From Eledone cirrhosa (lineage: Eukaryota), in NCBI GenBank assembly GCA_964016885.1, contig OZ024743.1, forward strand, positions 170,500,001 to 170,564,000: a DNA stretch of 64,000 nt, read 5' to 3'. Positions 37,570 to 49,153 of this stretch are shown in pieces. The notes beneath the pieces are model-generated. The model saw only the letters and a list, made by a program, of their open reading frames with translations. It was not told the DNA's origin and did no database searches. Both the position numbers and the translations under genes were made by a program. Numbering within the stretch: position 1 is the first letter of the stretch; every line of letters begins with the position of its first letter.

Positions 37570-38870
37570 CCTTATTCCTTAGAGGGTCGTTGGATCCCCA
37601 AGTGAGAACCGGCCAAGCTCATGTTCAGGGTCTACCCATGGATCTCCTGCCAGTTGGTTTTGTCCACAAAATCTGTCCAGTGATTCTTTCCTGAGATATT
37701 CTAACCACATGTCCATGGTATCAGAGCTGTGATCTCTCAGTTCAGAGAAGTAGTGGCTCTACCTGGAGTGACTCTCTGATCTATGCACTCTATCAAGTAA
37801 CGTTACTCCAAAGACCCTTTGGAGGAACCCCAATTCGGCTACGTGTTTTCACAATTGTATTCATTTGGTCATTACCCCATATTCAGGGTTGGCATGAACA
37901 CTGAATTGAATTTAGAAAATTTGGCTTTTACACCTCCCTTCTGATTACTGAATGGTGAAGCTGGCACATTACTGCACCAGCTCCTGCAATTCTTGCACTT
38001 AATTCAGCCTCCTGCCTTCTATCACTCATGAATATGGCCTCAAAATACTTGAACTCCACCTGCTTCAGTGGAACTCTATTCATATGTAGAGTGCACTGCA
38101 CAGGCTTCCTTGAGAACAAGTATCTCAGTCTTTACAGCACTGATTTTCATTCAGGCCATGCAGTACATGGGTCAAACCTATCAGGTGCATATCAGAGATC
38201 AGCTGTCGAGTTAAGTAATACCATGTCATCTGCAAATTCCAGCTGACTGCACATGTCAATCCTGTTCATGTAAATAATGAACTGGAGAGGTGACAGTATT
38301 CATCCTTGGTGAAGTCTGACACCTACATTGAATGGCTTTGATTTAGCACCATTTATCCAAACACAAATCCTTGGACATTCATATTGAAACATCAGGGCAA
38401 CAAGAAGTTGAACATCAATCCCATACTCCTGCTATGCCTTCCACAGCACACCCCGCAAACTGAAGATGTCAAAATGGAGTAGAAATTGTTCAGTTCAGCA
38501 GTTTCTGCTTCATCTGTTAAATGCTGCAGGCAAAAGAGGCTTGGTGTGGAGCCTGATGGCATGAGGACCCCTTGGTTCAATCAAGAGGTCAAAGATGCCA
38601 TCCGAGCAAAGAAGGAGGCCTACAAAACTTGGCTAGGAAATAAGTCCTCCACTAATAGTACAAACGGGCATGATAAGTCGCAGTAGAGACAGTAAAGGCG
38701 TCCAAATTTAAAAACATGGGAGGACTTTGGGGTAAAACAGGAATCCAACTTCTATTTAAGTGTTCTAGCAGACCATCCACCAACTTTGTAATAAGAAGTC
38801 TTCCTCCACACCTGCTATCAGGAATGCATCTGAGGTTTTCCTCTCATCAGAGGAATTTGTAGTTTACTTG
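37570..38870. mobile_element. Degraded RTE-like LINE with inverted segments
   Basis: RT on - (about 37620-38390: QG.ILSPLQF, FADD) joined to a + strand upstream segment (RTPWFNQEVKDAIRAKKEAYKTW). Confidence 0.65.
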
Positions 38871-39173
38871 AAGCATTTTATATGGAATAAAGAATTCAAA
38901 GTTTGAAAGCCATGACAATGGGAAATGGACGAATAAATAAATAGACCTTAATTTATTTATATGTCCTAATATTCCTAGGAAAACATAGAGACTATTCCAG
39001 TGTCCGGTGTGGCTTGCTATACCATGTTGCCGGAAGTATATATGCATATATATATATATATATATATGTGCATATATATATATGCATATATATATGTGCA
39101 TATATGTGTATATATATATGTGCATATATATATATATGCATATATATATGTACATATATGTGTATATATGCGC

Positions 39174-39205
<32 letters not shown>

Positions 39206-40105
39206 ATGTGTGTATGTGTGTGTGTGTGTAGTGACGTGGTTAGTCGGTCTGGTCACTACTTCTGATCGGATCTGAGAATAGCCCTTAAAAGGACTGTTAT
39301 AAGAAAAAAAAAAAACTATAAAATGACTTTGACCAGATTTATGCAGGCGTGATGAATGAGCCTGTTGCAATTTGGGTTGAGCTGCCTGTGAATTGCGTGA
39401 CAAAAAGTCTAACAGGGCAGTGAAAATAACCGTAATGTGTGAAATGAATGGCCGTAAGCATGTTGCTTAAAAGTAAGTTTGCTCCAAAGCATATGACTTG
39501 AGCGAATGCATGTGGTAAAAAATAGCGAGGCATTCTCGAGCTATTGATTGGATGTGTACGTAAAAAAGAAGGCCAGTGTTTTGAGGATGCGATTTGTGAA
39601 ATGCGTGATCAAAGAGAAAACATTTTGTAGTGTAAGAGTTAGAGGGACAAAATATCTATTGCTCAGTGTATGAACGAAAGGTGAAACAAACGTGGTTGTG
39701 TAGTGTGCATGAGAAATAGAATATGTACACGCTTTGTATGTATATAAAAATTATGGCAATTACACAATTAATATTGCAGAACATGGAAAATAAAAAAAAT
39801 TTTTGCAAAACAAGAAAGAGAAGAAAAAAAATGCTTTTCACAATGTTTGTTCTTAAATAGTGTTTGTAATAGATAATGTTCATAATAAATAATTGTTTCT
39901 ACTTTTGACACAAGGCCATCAATTCACCAGTACATTACTGGTACTTTATTTTATTGACCCCGTAAGGATGAAAGGCAAAGTTAACATTGGCAGGATTTGA
40001 ACGCAAATAATGTTCTTCGTGACTTGAGCACATGGTCACTAAAAATTGCAATTGTTCAAGCAGAAAGTTCATTGTATTTGAAACTGGAAATAGTAAACAC
40101 AAGGA

Positions 40106-41095
40106 TCTCAGGAAGCTTAATTAAGAACGTAGGCTTCACATGCAGCAGCTGTGCTGGGACAGCAAGCAGCAAACAGCCACAGGAAACAAGTACCACCAAT
40201 CTCTGGGAGGGCTCTGTAGAGACAGTAGACAGCTTCTGCTACCTAGGTGACCGAATTAGCAGTGGAGGTGGGTGTTCAGAAAGTACAACAACTAGGGTAA
40301 GAACGGGATGGAAGAAGTTCAGGGAACTACTGCCACTGCTAGCTGCAAAAGGCTTCTCCCTCAAAATGAAAGGCAGGCTGTATGATGCATGTATCCGAAC
40401 ATGGTAGTGAGACCTGGGCGCTGAAGGTGGAAGACTTACGTAGATTAGAGAGAAATGAAGCCTGCATGCTCCAATGGATGTGTAATAGTAATATATGTGA
40501 ACGACAAAGCATAAATGAATTGAGAGAGAGACTGAGCATAAGAGGAATCAAATGCTGTGTGCAGGGAGAGGCGGTTGCGCTGGTATGGACATGTGATGCG
40601 TATGAAGGATAAAAAGGTGCAGAGCACTAGAAGTCAATGGAAACCGTGGAGTGGGGAGACCCAAGAAGACCTAGGATGAGGTGATAAAAGCCAACCTTAC
40701 CCAATTACACCTCTCAAAGGCGATGACACACGACCGTGACCTCTGGCGTCACGCAGTAATACAGAGTACCCGACCTCCCATGGGTACAAGCTGAAGCATA
40801 TAGACAATATGCCCCCACACCCTCCCACTGCAAGGTGGTCCTGGAGGTGCCATGGCAAAAAAGCACCCAGCCCACACTGTAAAGTGGACGTGTAAGCGCC
40901 ACGAAAAAGCACCCAGCACTCACTGTAAATGAGGTTGGTGTTAGGAAGGGCATCCAGTTGTAGAAATCAAGCCAAATCAGTTCCTGTATGAGCAAGGCAT
41001 GGTCAACCGACCAGACACTGCCCATAACAGGACAACCCGTCTAACCCATGCTAGCATGGAAGAACGGACGTAAAACGGTGATGATGATGATGATG
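40106..41095 (+). mobile_element. 5'-truncated PHD-type RTE LINE (family C) nested in the Gypsy element
   Basis: FTCSSC...DSFCYLG...RLYDACIR, a long 3' UTR and a (GAT)n tail. Probable TSD aagga at 40101-40105 and 41096-41100. Confidence 0.88.
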
Positions 41096-41147
41096 AAGGA
41101 AAATGGAAATGTTTTGCAAGAAGAATGATTAAGAAACTCACTTGAGG

Positions 41148-43005
41148 TTAACGGTAATTCACATATTGTGCCAACTTGGTGGGCCAATGGACACATCGTC
41201 CACTTCTCGTGACTGGATATGAAACAGGTGGCTTACTGAGACAGCAATCTGTTGGAGTTTCTGGTGTAGAGACTGTCACAGTATCCATGATGGCTTTTTT
41301 TAATCTGTTAACAGAATTCTGTTTACCATTTTGATCGAGAATAAAATATTTCGGATATTTATTTAGAACACGGTAAGGGGCAGAATATGGAGGTCGAAGA
41401 TGAGCTGAGATGGTGTTGTTTCGAACGAAAATGTGTGTCCAATCTTTAATGTCTGAAGGTACGTGTGTGGCCGTGTTCTGTTGACGGGTGCTTGCAGGAG
41501 CAAGGTGAGACATATATTGTCGAAGACAGTGTACATATGATCCTGGGTCTGGAACGTCCTGAGGAGAGATGGGAGCAACCATCTGACCAGGTAGAATCAG
41601 GGTGGTGCCGTACACTAATTCTGCAGGTGTGTGTCCGAATTCCTCCTTAACAGTGGATCGAATGCCCAGAAGGATGAGTGGCAGGTATTCAAACCAGTGG
41701 ATCTTGTCTGGATACGCTTTTATGGCCGCTTTCAATTGGCGATGGAATCTTTCCACGAGACCATTAGCTTGCGGGTAATAAGCTGTCATGCGGGTGTGTT
41801 TACATCCTAATAGGCGAGTCAGTTCCCTGAAGAGGTGGGAGTCAAATTGGCGTCCTCTGTCCATTGTTATCTTCGCTGGGGCTCCATAACGTGATACCCA
41901 GTGTAAAACCAAAGTTTTAGCAACTGTTTCCGCTGAGGTATCACGTATGGGAAAAGCCTTGGGCCAATGGTAAAATCGATCTATGCAGGTGAGCAAGTGT
42001 GTGCAGCTCTGTGATGGCGGTAGAGGTCCGACGATGTCGATATGCACATAATGAAAACGTGCATCAGGTTGCGCGAACGTGCCGAGTGGAATTTTGATGT
42101 GTCTGTGGACTTTGGCTTTCTGGCAGACAATGCAGCTCCTGGACCAGTCGCACATGTCCTTGTTAATGTTAGCCCACACAAAACGAGCAGAGATGAGTTT
42201 CTGTGTAGCCCGGATTCCCGGGTGAGACAAACAGTGTAAAGCAGAAAAAACTTGTCGACGATGCATCTGTGGTACATACGGTCATTCATGAGCGGTAAAA
42301 AGGTCGCACCAAATTTGTCCCGGAGAAAAAGGAATGGGAACTTGCTGAAACTTGAGGGATGGCGAATCTCGGAGCTTGATAAACTCTTCGTCAGCCTCTT
42401 GGTCAGCTGCAATCTGTTGAAGGTCGATGCCTGAATATTCAGCTGGATTTGGGACAGGGCATCGGCTGCTACGTTGTCTGATCCCTTGATGTGCCGAATA
42501 TCAGTTGAATATTGGGAGACAAAATCCAGGTGGCGGAGTTCTCTCGGTGAATGTCGATCAGGTTTGGTATGGAACGCATAAACTAGTGGTTTATGGTCCG
42601 TGTAGATCACGAAATCCGATCCTTCGAGTATGTGACAAAAATGTTTAACTGAAAGGTAGGCTGCCAAGAGTTTGCGGCCAAACATACTGTATTTGGTTTC
42701 TGCAGGTTGCAACCGCTTAGAAAAGAAGGATAAGGGTTGCCAAATGCCATTGACATATTGTTGTAAAACGCCTCCACTATTGTTGTAAAACGCATCCACT
42801 AGCAGCGAAAGAGGAGCGCCAGATCTGGGGAAAACGAGCATGGAAGCGTTTGCCAACAGTTCCTTCAGACAGTTGAAAGATGTTAGTTCTTCCTCGTTCA
42901 GAGTGATGGCTTCGTTTTTCCGAGTTCGGTTGCAAAGAAGGTCCATGAGGAGTCTGGCTGCGTCGGCACAATGAGGTTTGAAATGCCTATAAAAATTCAG
43001 GATCT
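41148..43005 (-). pseudogene. Gypsy pol remnant (RT C-terminus, RNase H, integrase), frameshifted
   Basis: NFYRHF; LLVDA...GGVLQQ...PLSFFS; YTDHKPL; NVAADALS; HPGIRAT...C..C; HIDIVGPLP; DRGRQF; PQANGLVERFHR. Confidence 0.88.
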
Positions 43006-43009
43006 TCGA

Positions 43010-43540
43010 CGGTGAAAGGGCCTGGATCGATTGTTGCTTCGTCGCCGGTGTGTGTGAAAGGTCAGGTTCTTGAATTGATTTGCGAGGGCTTTAATTTGAC
43101 CAGTCTGCTCTCTGATCATAGCCCGCAACTCTGAAATCTCGGAGGTGGAGTCTGAGGACTTCTATCAGCTGTCTCATCTTTCACAGTAGTTGGGACGGTT
43201 TTCTGTCCCCCAATTCTTCTGCAGACACGAGTTGGTTGAGTCATCTCTGCTGTGATGCGGTCGTTCGCTTGATCAATTCCTTGCGGAATGATTCATATGA
43301 CACCGTGCCTGGTGGTGCCATGACGAGGTCCCTCACCTCAGCCAAAATTTCTTGCGGGACAGACCCAATGATGTAGGTTAGCTTTGCAGAATCGCTCTTA
43401 ATTCTGTTAGCGGCGAATTGTGCTTCTATATGAGCGAACCACAGAGTTGAGTCGTTGGACCAAAAAACAGGGACCTCCAACGTTAAAGCCGCTTGTGTGG
43501 TTGGTATCTCGGCCTCTGTCATTGGTTGGGACATGTCCAT
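43010..43540 (-). pseudogene. Gypsy gag remnant
   Basis: EVPVFWSNDSTLWFAHIEAQF...K...IIGSVP, interrupted by a stop. LVSAEELGDRKPSQLL follows. Confidence 0.75.
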
Positions 43541-43566
43541 GTTGGTTTCTTGTTAAGCTGCTGTCT

Positions 43567-43598
43567 GGTTGCATGTTCAAATCACGTCGGGGTCACCA
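43567..43598 (-). promoter_or_regulatory. Primer-binding site complementary to tRNA-Trp 3' end
   Basis: The + strand reads GGTTGCATGTTCAAATCACGTCGGGGTCACCA, matching the recalled metazoan tRNA-Trp(CCA) 3' end plus CCA. It lies 2 nt from the LTR. Confidence 0.85.
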
Positions 43599-43600
43599 AT

Positions 43601-44086
43601 TGTAGCGACGTGGTTAGTCCGTCTGGTCACTACTTCTGATCGGATCTGAGAATAGCCCTTAAAAGGACTGTTATTACATACGGTCTGATCGGATCTGAGG
43701 ATAGCCCTTAAAAGGACTGTTGTCAAATGCGGTAAGGATGAACAGACAAAGGAAGACGTTGAAAGGACGAGCAAGGCGAGAGATGTAGTTTCGGTCAGCT
43801 ATTTATTTTCATACATGAAGCGACGATACAGAGGTACAAGGCGTGTGTGAGTGACAAGTGTGACAGAGGAGAGGAACAACAATACGCGAGCTGACTCTGC
43901 CAAAGGTCGACTGGCGAAAGTGTTTGGAACCACTCTATTTATACAAAAATAATCGTTTGATGTTTAGCCACTGCGTAGGTGTTTTAATTTGGTGGCTTAA
44001 GGGCTGTTTGTTTCTCGGTGAGGTAGCTAGCTAAGCAGATAGATAGAGTTGTTTATTTTACAGATGTTATTTCCGGTGGCTGTACA
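43601..44086 (-). repeat. Gypsy 5' LTR (~486 bp)
   Basis: TG...CA ends and an adjacent PBS. The first 74 bp on + match 39227-39300. There is an internal ~48-bp tandem duplication. Confidence 0.75.
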
Positions 44087-44140
44087 TATACAATACAATG
44101 ATATTAAATAAATGGAAACTATATTTATAAAACCATATTT

Positions 44141-44200
44141 ATTCTATTATATATATTTCAAGGGTACCAAAAACTTTGGTACGCTTTCATCAGATAAAAT
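44141..44200 (-). ncRNA. Minimal type-I hammerhead ribozyme motif (family H2)
   Basis: Minus strand: ATTTTAT-CTGATGA-AAGCGTACCAAA.GTT.TTTGGTACCCTT-GAAA-TATATA-TA-ATAGAAT. Stems I and II pair, and the stem III region is palindromic. Confidence 0.75.
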
Positions 44201-45160
44201 ACAAAGTGTGTTTTATAAATTTTGACATAGCCAAGGAACATACCTTAACGGTTAAAGTTTTCCTTGGCATCCACAATCAAATTGTCATCTTACTCCTTCC
44301 CCTTTGTTCTACAGGCAAGTTCAGCCACCGCTATGAAGAAATCTAACTATGTATACAAATCTTTGACCACTCCCTGTGACAGAAAAGAAAAACAACAATT
44401 TTTAGAATTGTTTGATATGATACTGCCATGTTTTCATTACATGCCCATATATGGACTGTACCCCTTGATAAGTTCAGCTAGATTACTACCATCCTAACAC
44501 TACTGGGTTAGTTAAGATCTAGCTGTCAAAACAGCCAGAGCTCCTCGGGGTCCTGACTCTTTTCCTATATATATATATAAGCAAAAGGGATGTTTAATTT
44601 GTTGGTAATTCAACAAATATAAATGTTTATAACTGATTCGAAGCACATATCATCATCATCATCATCATCATCATCAGGTTTAGCGTCCGTGTTCCACGCT
44701 TGCATGGGTTTGGACGGGGGTTTTCCCACTTGAGGCAAGAGTGGTTGTCTTGCTCGCATAGGACTGTCTGGCGGGTTTTCTACAGTTGGATGCCCTTCCT
44801 AACACCAACCACATTTACAGTGTGGGGCTGGGAGGTTTTTACCGTGTTGCCTACACGGCCACATTACAGCGTGGACTGTCTGGCGGGTTTTCTACAGCTG
44901 GATGCCCTTCCTAACACCAACCACATTTACAGTGTGGGGCTGGGAGGTTTTTACCGTGTTGCCTACACGGCCACATTTACAGCGTGGACTGTGTGTTTTT
45001 TGTCGTGACACCTACACGATCTCATTTGTTTCGGCCTGGATGTTGTGGGACCAACATAACTTTACATTGAAAGGGGCGGTGTGGGTGGGGTGGAGGTGGT
45101 GGGACGGGGGTGTGTTTTGATAGAGGTGCCTACTGACTGTAGTAGGTTTTTACTTTGTAT

Positions 45161-48100
45161 TTAGGTAAGGCGGGTCTTCTCTATTACTGAGTACCGCCAA
45201 AGGTCTCGGTCCAGTGACATTGTCTTGGAGAGGTGTAAGCGTGTGAGGTCGGAATTTATCAGCTCGTCCCATGTTTTTCTGGGTCTGCCTACTCCGTGGC
45301 TACCGTCTATCTTTATTGCCCTGCACTTTGTTATACAGCTGTCGTCTTTCATGCGCATCACGTGACCGTACCAACGTAGCCTTCTCTCGAGTAAACAACA
45401 TCTGATCCCTCTTATTTCTAATTTTTTCCTTAGTTCGTTTATGCTTTGCCGTTCACGTATATTACTATTGCACATCCAGCGGAGCATGCAAGCTTCGTTC
45501 CTCTCTAGTCTGCGTATATCCTCTGCACACAATGCCCAGGTCTCACTGCCATGCAGCATTGCTGTTCGTATGCAGGCATCGTATAACCTGCCTTTCATTT
45601 TTAGGGAGAACCCTCTAGCGGCTAATAGTGGTATAAGCTCTCTGAACTTTTTCCATCCAGTTCTGACTCTAGCTACTGTACTTTCAGAGCACCCTCCCCC
45701 ACTGCTGATTTTGTCACCCAGATAACGGAAGCTGTCCACTATTTCTATAGAACCCTCTGCGCAGTTGAAGGAGCTAGTATTTTGTGGGCACTTGCTGCTA
45801 CTTATTGCACCAGAGCACCGGCCACATGTAAAATCTATGTTCTTAGTTAGCTTACCTGTGATCCCACTACATCTTTTATGCACCCATACTTTGCATTTGG
45901 GACATAAAATGGAGTTTCTACCTACGCCTTTCCTACACACTGAGCATGGCCATTTCCCCGATGGGACCGCCGCCTTATTTTCTTTCCTACAAACTAGAAC
46001 TTTAGTCTTAGCCAGGTTAATTTTAAGGCCTTTTGATTCTAGGCCGTGCTTCCACGTTTGGAATTTCTTCTCTAGTTCGGTCATTGATTCAGCTATGAGC
46101 GTTAGATCATCTGCGTATAGGAGTTCCCATGGGCAGCCGGTCTTGAACTCCTCTGTTATAGCCTGAAGGGCAATAATAAATAGTAGGGGGCTAAGTACAG
46201 AGCCCTGATGGACACCAACTTTTACGCTAAACTCTTCACTATATTCGTTGTTAATTCTAACCTTACTGACTGTTTCTTTATACATGGCTTGTATAGCTCT
46301 CACAAGCCATTCGTCAACACCTAGTTTTCTAAGAGACCACCAGATAATGGAACGGGGGACTCTGTCGAAGGCTTTCTCCAAGTCGACAAAAGCTAAGTAT
46401 AGGGGTTTACTTTTAGCTAGGTACTTCTCCTGTAGTTGTCGTACAATGAAAAGAGCGTCTGTGGTACTTTTGCCTGACACAAACCCGAACTGCATTTCAT
46501 CTAGATCAATTCTCTCTCTGATTAGTTGCGCTATTACTATTTCCGTGACCTTCATGACCTGGTCGATTAATTTAATGCCTCTATAGTTACTCCTATCTAG
46601 GGCATCTCCTTTTCCCTTATAGCAGTTAACGATGATGCTGCTACGCCATTCCTTCGGAACAACCCCATTCTGTACGACTTGGTTAACTATCCGGGTGACC
46701 ATGGTGTGTCCCACCGAACCAGATGCCTTCAGCATCTCAGCAACAATTTCCGAAGGCCCAGCCGCCTTACCCGTCTTCATATCTTTGATTGCCTTACTTA
46801 TTATACTACCTTCAACTAACACTGCTGGTCCCTCTATTGGATCGATCTGGGGGAGACTGTCTTTCTCCCATTTGTTCTCCTCATTTAGAAGCCTTTCGTA
46901 GTGACACTTCCAAGCTACCTTCTTATCAGCGTCGGTGATGGCAAGTATGCCATCATCGTTAAGTACACACTTCTCCCCGACAATATCACGGTTTTCCTTG
47001 ACACATTGCCTGGCAATCCTGAACACCTCACGTTTTTGGTCCTCACGTTGTAGAACATGCTTGAACTTTCTTTCCTCTGCTTCCCTTCTTGCGAAGTACA
47101 CTTGTCTCCTAGCTTCCCTCCTGGCCACTTGATAGTCTTCTCTACTTCCCCCATCCCGCCATTCTTTCCAAGCCTGCTTTTTGGCCTTAATTGACTCCTC
47201 CACCTTACTGTTCCACCACCATGTTACTCTCCTCCTACCTACAGGCCTGCTCCAGCCACAGACTTCGTCTGCCGCCGTCAGCAGGTTTGCTCTCAGGAAT
47301 TCCCACTGTTCCTCTATATTATACGACTCTAATTGCTCTTCCTTACTGTCGAAAGCGTCAAGTAATTTGCTTTGAAATTTATTTCTGGCTATGGGGTCCT
47401 TCAGCTTCCATATTTTTCTCCTGAGGATAGTCCTCCTTCGCTGTCTAGTACGTCTCGTCCTGACTATGAGGTCGCTAATTATCAGTCTATGTTGGGAGGT
47501 GAATTCTTCATGGGGGTGGGATTTAGTGTTAACAACAGACACTCTGTCACGTCTTCTGGTAAGGATATAATCTACCTGGCTTGTGTGTTCCCCCGATCTA
47601 TAGGTGATCAAGTGATTGTCTCGTTTTTTGAAGTTAGTGTTACAGATAGTTAAGTTATTTGCGTCGCAGAATTCCAGGATTCTGGAGCCTTCCTCATTTC
47701 TAGTACCGAACCCATAGCCTCCATGGATTCCGTCATAGCCGTCACAATGTTGTCCAACGTGACCATTTAGGTCGCCTGCAATAACTATATAGTCACTGTC
47801 GGTTATTTGGGAGGTAGCGAGCATCAGTGTCTCGTAGAATCTGTCTTTTATAGCGCGGGGCTGTCCGGATTGGGGTGCGTACGCAGATATTACTGTCACC
47901 GTAGTTTTATTGAGGACAAGTCTTATTTTAATTATTCTGTCGTTCACTCTATTTACGTCTATTATCTTATCTGCCCACTTTTCTGCTACCATGATTCCTA
48001 CCCCACCCAACCCATTGTCATTTCCCACCCAGAAAAGCTTATAGCATCGCTCTTTACCCACGATGAATCTAGCCGACCCTCCCCTCCACCTGGTCTCTTG

Positions 48101-48406
48101 AATACAACAAACATCGACCTCCTTACGTTCAAGCATTTCTACAACCTCGTTAGAGCGACCCTTTAAGGTGCCTACATTCATGGTACCAACTCTGAAGTTT
48201 TGGATTGCGTTTGGAGGGTGGGAGCGGTGGGGCGCGGGGGGGGATGGGGTTATGTTAGCCATCCTGGGCCGAAACAAGGAGGAGTGCTTGCATTCTCGTC
48301 CATGAGGTGAATTTGGCTTTATCTTTGGCATTGTCGCTGAGCGTCCACATTTTTCTCTCTTCAACTCTCCAGAATTCCGTAGTCCATCCATCATATCGAA
48401 AAGCAA
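45161..48406 (-). CDS. RTE LINE ORF (~1080 aa): APE endonuclease + RT with inserted PHD finger
   Basis: GTMNVGT, IQETRW, GDLNGH, QVDY, SQH; DLEKAFD, GVHQGSVLSP, YADD, FRYLG; CSVC...CPKC...H..C...CGRC. The true start codon is uncertain. Confidence 0.93.
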   Translation of the reverse strand: MLFDMMDGLRNSGELKREKCGRSATMPKIKPNSPHGRECKHSSLFRPRMANITPSPPAPHRSHPPNAIQNFRVGTMNVGTLKGRSNEVVEMLERKEVDVCCIQETRWRGGSARFIVGKERCYKLFWVGNDNGLGGVGIMVAEKWADKIIDVNRVNDRIIKIRLVLNKTTVTVISAYAPQSGQPRAIKDRFYETLMLATSQITDSDYIVIAGDLNGHVGQHCDGYDGIHGGYGFGTRNEEGSRILEFCDANNLTICNTNFKKRDNHLITYRSGEHTSQVDYILTRRRDRVSVVNTKSHPHEEFTSQHRLIISDLIVRTRRTRQRRRTILRRKIWKLKDPIARNKFQSKLLDAFDSKEEQLESYNIEEQWEFLRANLLTAADEVCGWSRPVGRRRVTWWWNSKVEESIKAKKQAWKEWRDGGSREDYQVARREARRQVYFARREAEERKFKHVLQREDQKREVFRIARQCVKENRDIVGEKCVLNDDGILAITDADKKVAWKCHYERLLNEENKWEKDSLPQIDPIEGPAVLVEGSIISKAIKDMKTGKAAGPSEIVAEMLKASGSVGHTMVTRIVNQVVQNGVVPKEWRSSIIVNCYKGKGDALDRSNYRGIKLIDQVMKVTEIVIAQLIRERIDLDEMQFGFVSGKSTTDALFIVRQLQEKYLAKSKPLYLAFVDLEKAFDRVPRSIIWWSLRKLGVDEWLVRAIQAMYKETVSKVRINNEYSEEFSVKVGVHQGSVLSPLLFIIALQAITEEFKTGCPWELLYADDLTLIAESMTELEKKFQTWKHGLESKGLKINLAKTKVLVCRKENKAAVPSGKWPCSVCRKGVGRNSILCPKCKVWVHKRCSGITGKLTKNIDFTCGRCSGAISSSKCPQNTSSFNCAEGSIEIVDSFRYLGDKISSGGGCSESTVARVRTGWKKFRELIPLLAARGFSLKMKGRLYDACIRTAMLHGSETWALCAEDIRRLERNEACMLRWMCNSNIRERQSINELRKKLEIRGIRCCLLERRLRWYGHVMRMKDDSCITKCRAIKIDGSHGVGRPRKTWDELINSDLTRLHLSKTMSLDRDLWRYSVIEKTRLT

Positions 48407-48537
48407 CCAGTTAAGCGATAGTATGGGCCTCTGACTTATGATTGGTCCACGTAATAATGGTGGTGCGTGGGGGCGGGAGGGAGGGATGATGGGTTGTTAG
48501 CGAGAATGTAAGGTTTAAGATAAGATCGCCGTATTTT

Positions 48538-49153
48538 GGGCATAATTTAACAATAAACGAAAATACAAGATTTGTTTTGTTTAAGAAATTACGATAGAGA
48601 AAATGCGGTGGTAGGGGAAGTATGATTTTTAGAGAAAAGATATGATATATAATGGTGAAAATATGATATAGTGTGAAATTAGGACATAGAAGTGATTGAA
48701 TGAATGGGTACGGATGGAGAGAACGATCGAGAAAGAAATTGGGCATAATTTAACAATAAACGAAAATACAAGGTTTGTTTTGTTTAAGAAATTACGATAG
48801 AGAAAATGCGGTGATAGGGGAAGTATGATTTTTAGGGAAAAGATATGATATATAATGGTGAAAATATGATATAGTGTGAAATTAGGACATAGAAGTGATT
48901 GAATGAATGGGTACGGATGGAGAGAACGATCGAGAAAGAAATTGGGCATAATTTAACAATAAACGAAAATACAAGATTTGTTTTGTTTAAGAAATTACGA
49001 TAGAGAAAATGCGGTGATAGGGGAAGTATGATTTTTAGGGAAAAGATATGATATATAATGGTGAAAATATGATATAGTGTGAAATTAGGACATAGAAGTG
49101 ATTGAATGAATGGGTACGGATGGAGAGAACGATCGAGAAAGAAATTGGGCATA

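Larger units (their letters stand above)
39227..44086 (-). mobile_element. Internally deleted Gypsy/Ty3 LTR retrotransposon with nested SINE and RTE insertions
   Basis: 5' LTR about 43601-44086, PBS, gag, RNase H and integrase remnants. Only the last ~74 bp of the 3' LTR remain, at 39227-39300. Confidence 0.88.

Noticed and set aside
39000-39275. YI/CV-rich ORFs here and at 20471-20897, 29862-30242 and 62701-63811
   Set aside because: They are translations of (TA)n, (TG)n and trinucleotide microsatellites.
43567-43598. tRNA-Trp gene
   Set aside because: Only the 3' portion is present, it includes an encoded CCA, and it abuts an LTR, so it is a primer-binding site.
48411-49152. Three repeated ~106-aa ORFs as a LINE ORF1
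   Set aside because: They arise from the 203-bp monomers, shift frame between units and show no recognisable domain. A uORF role cannot be excluded.
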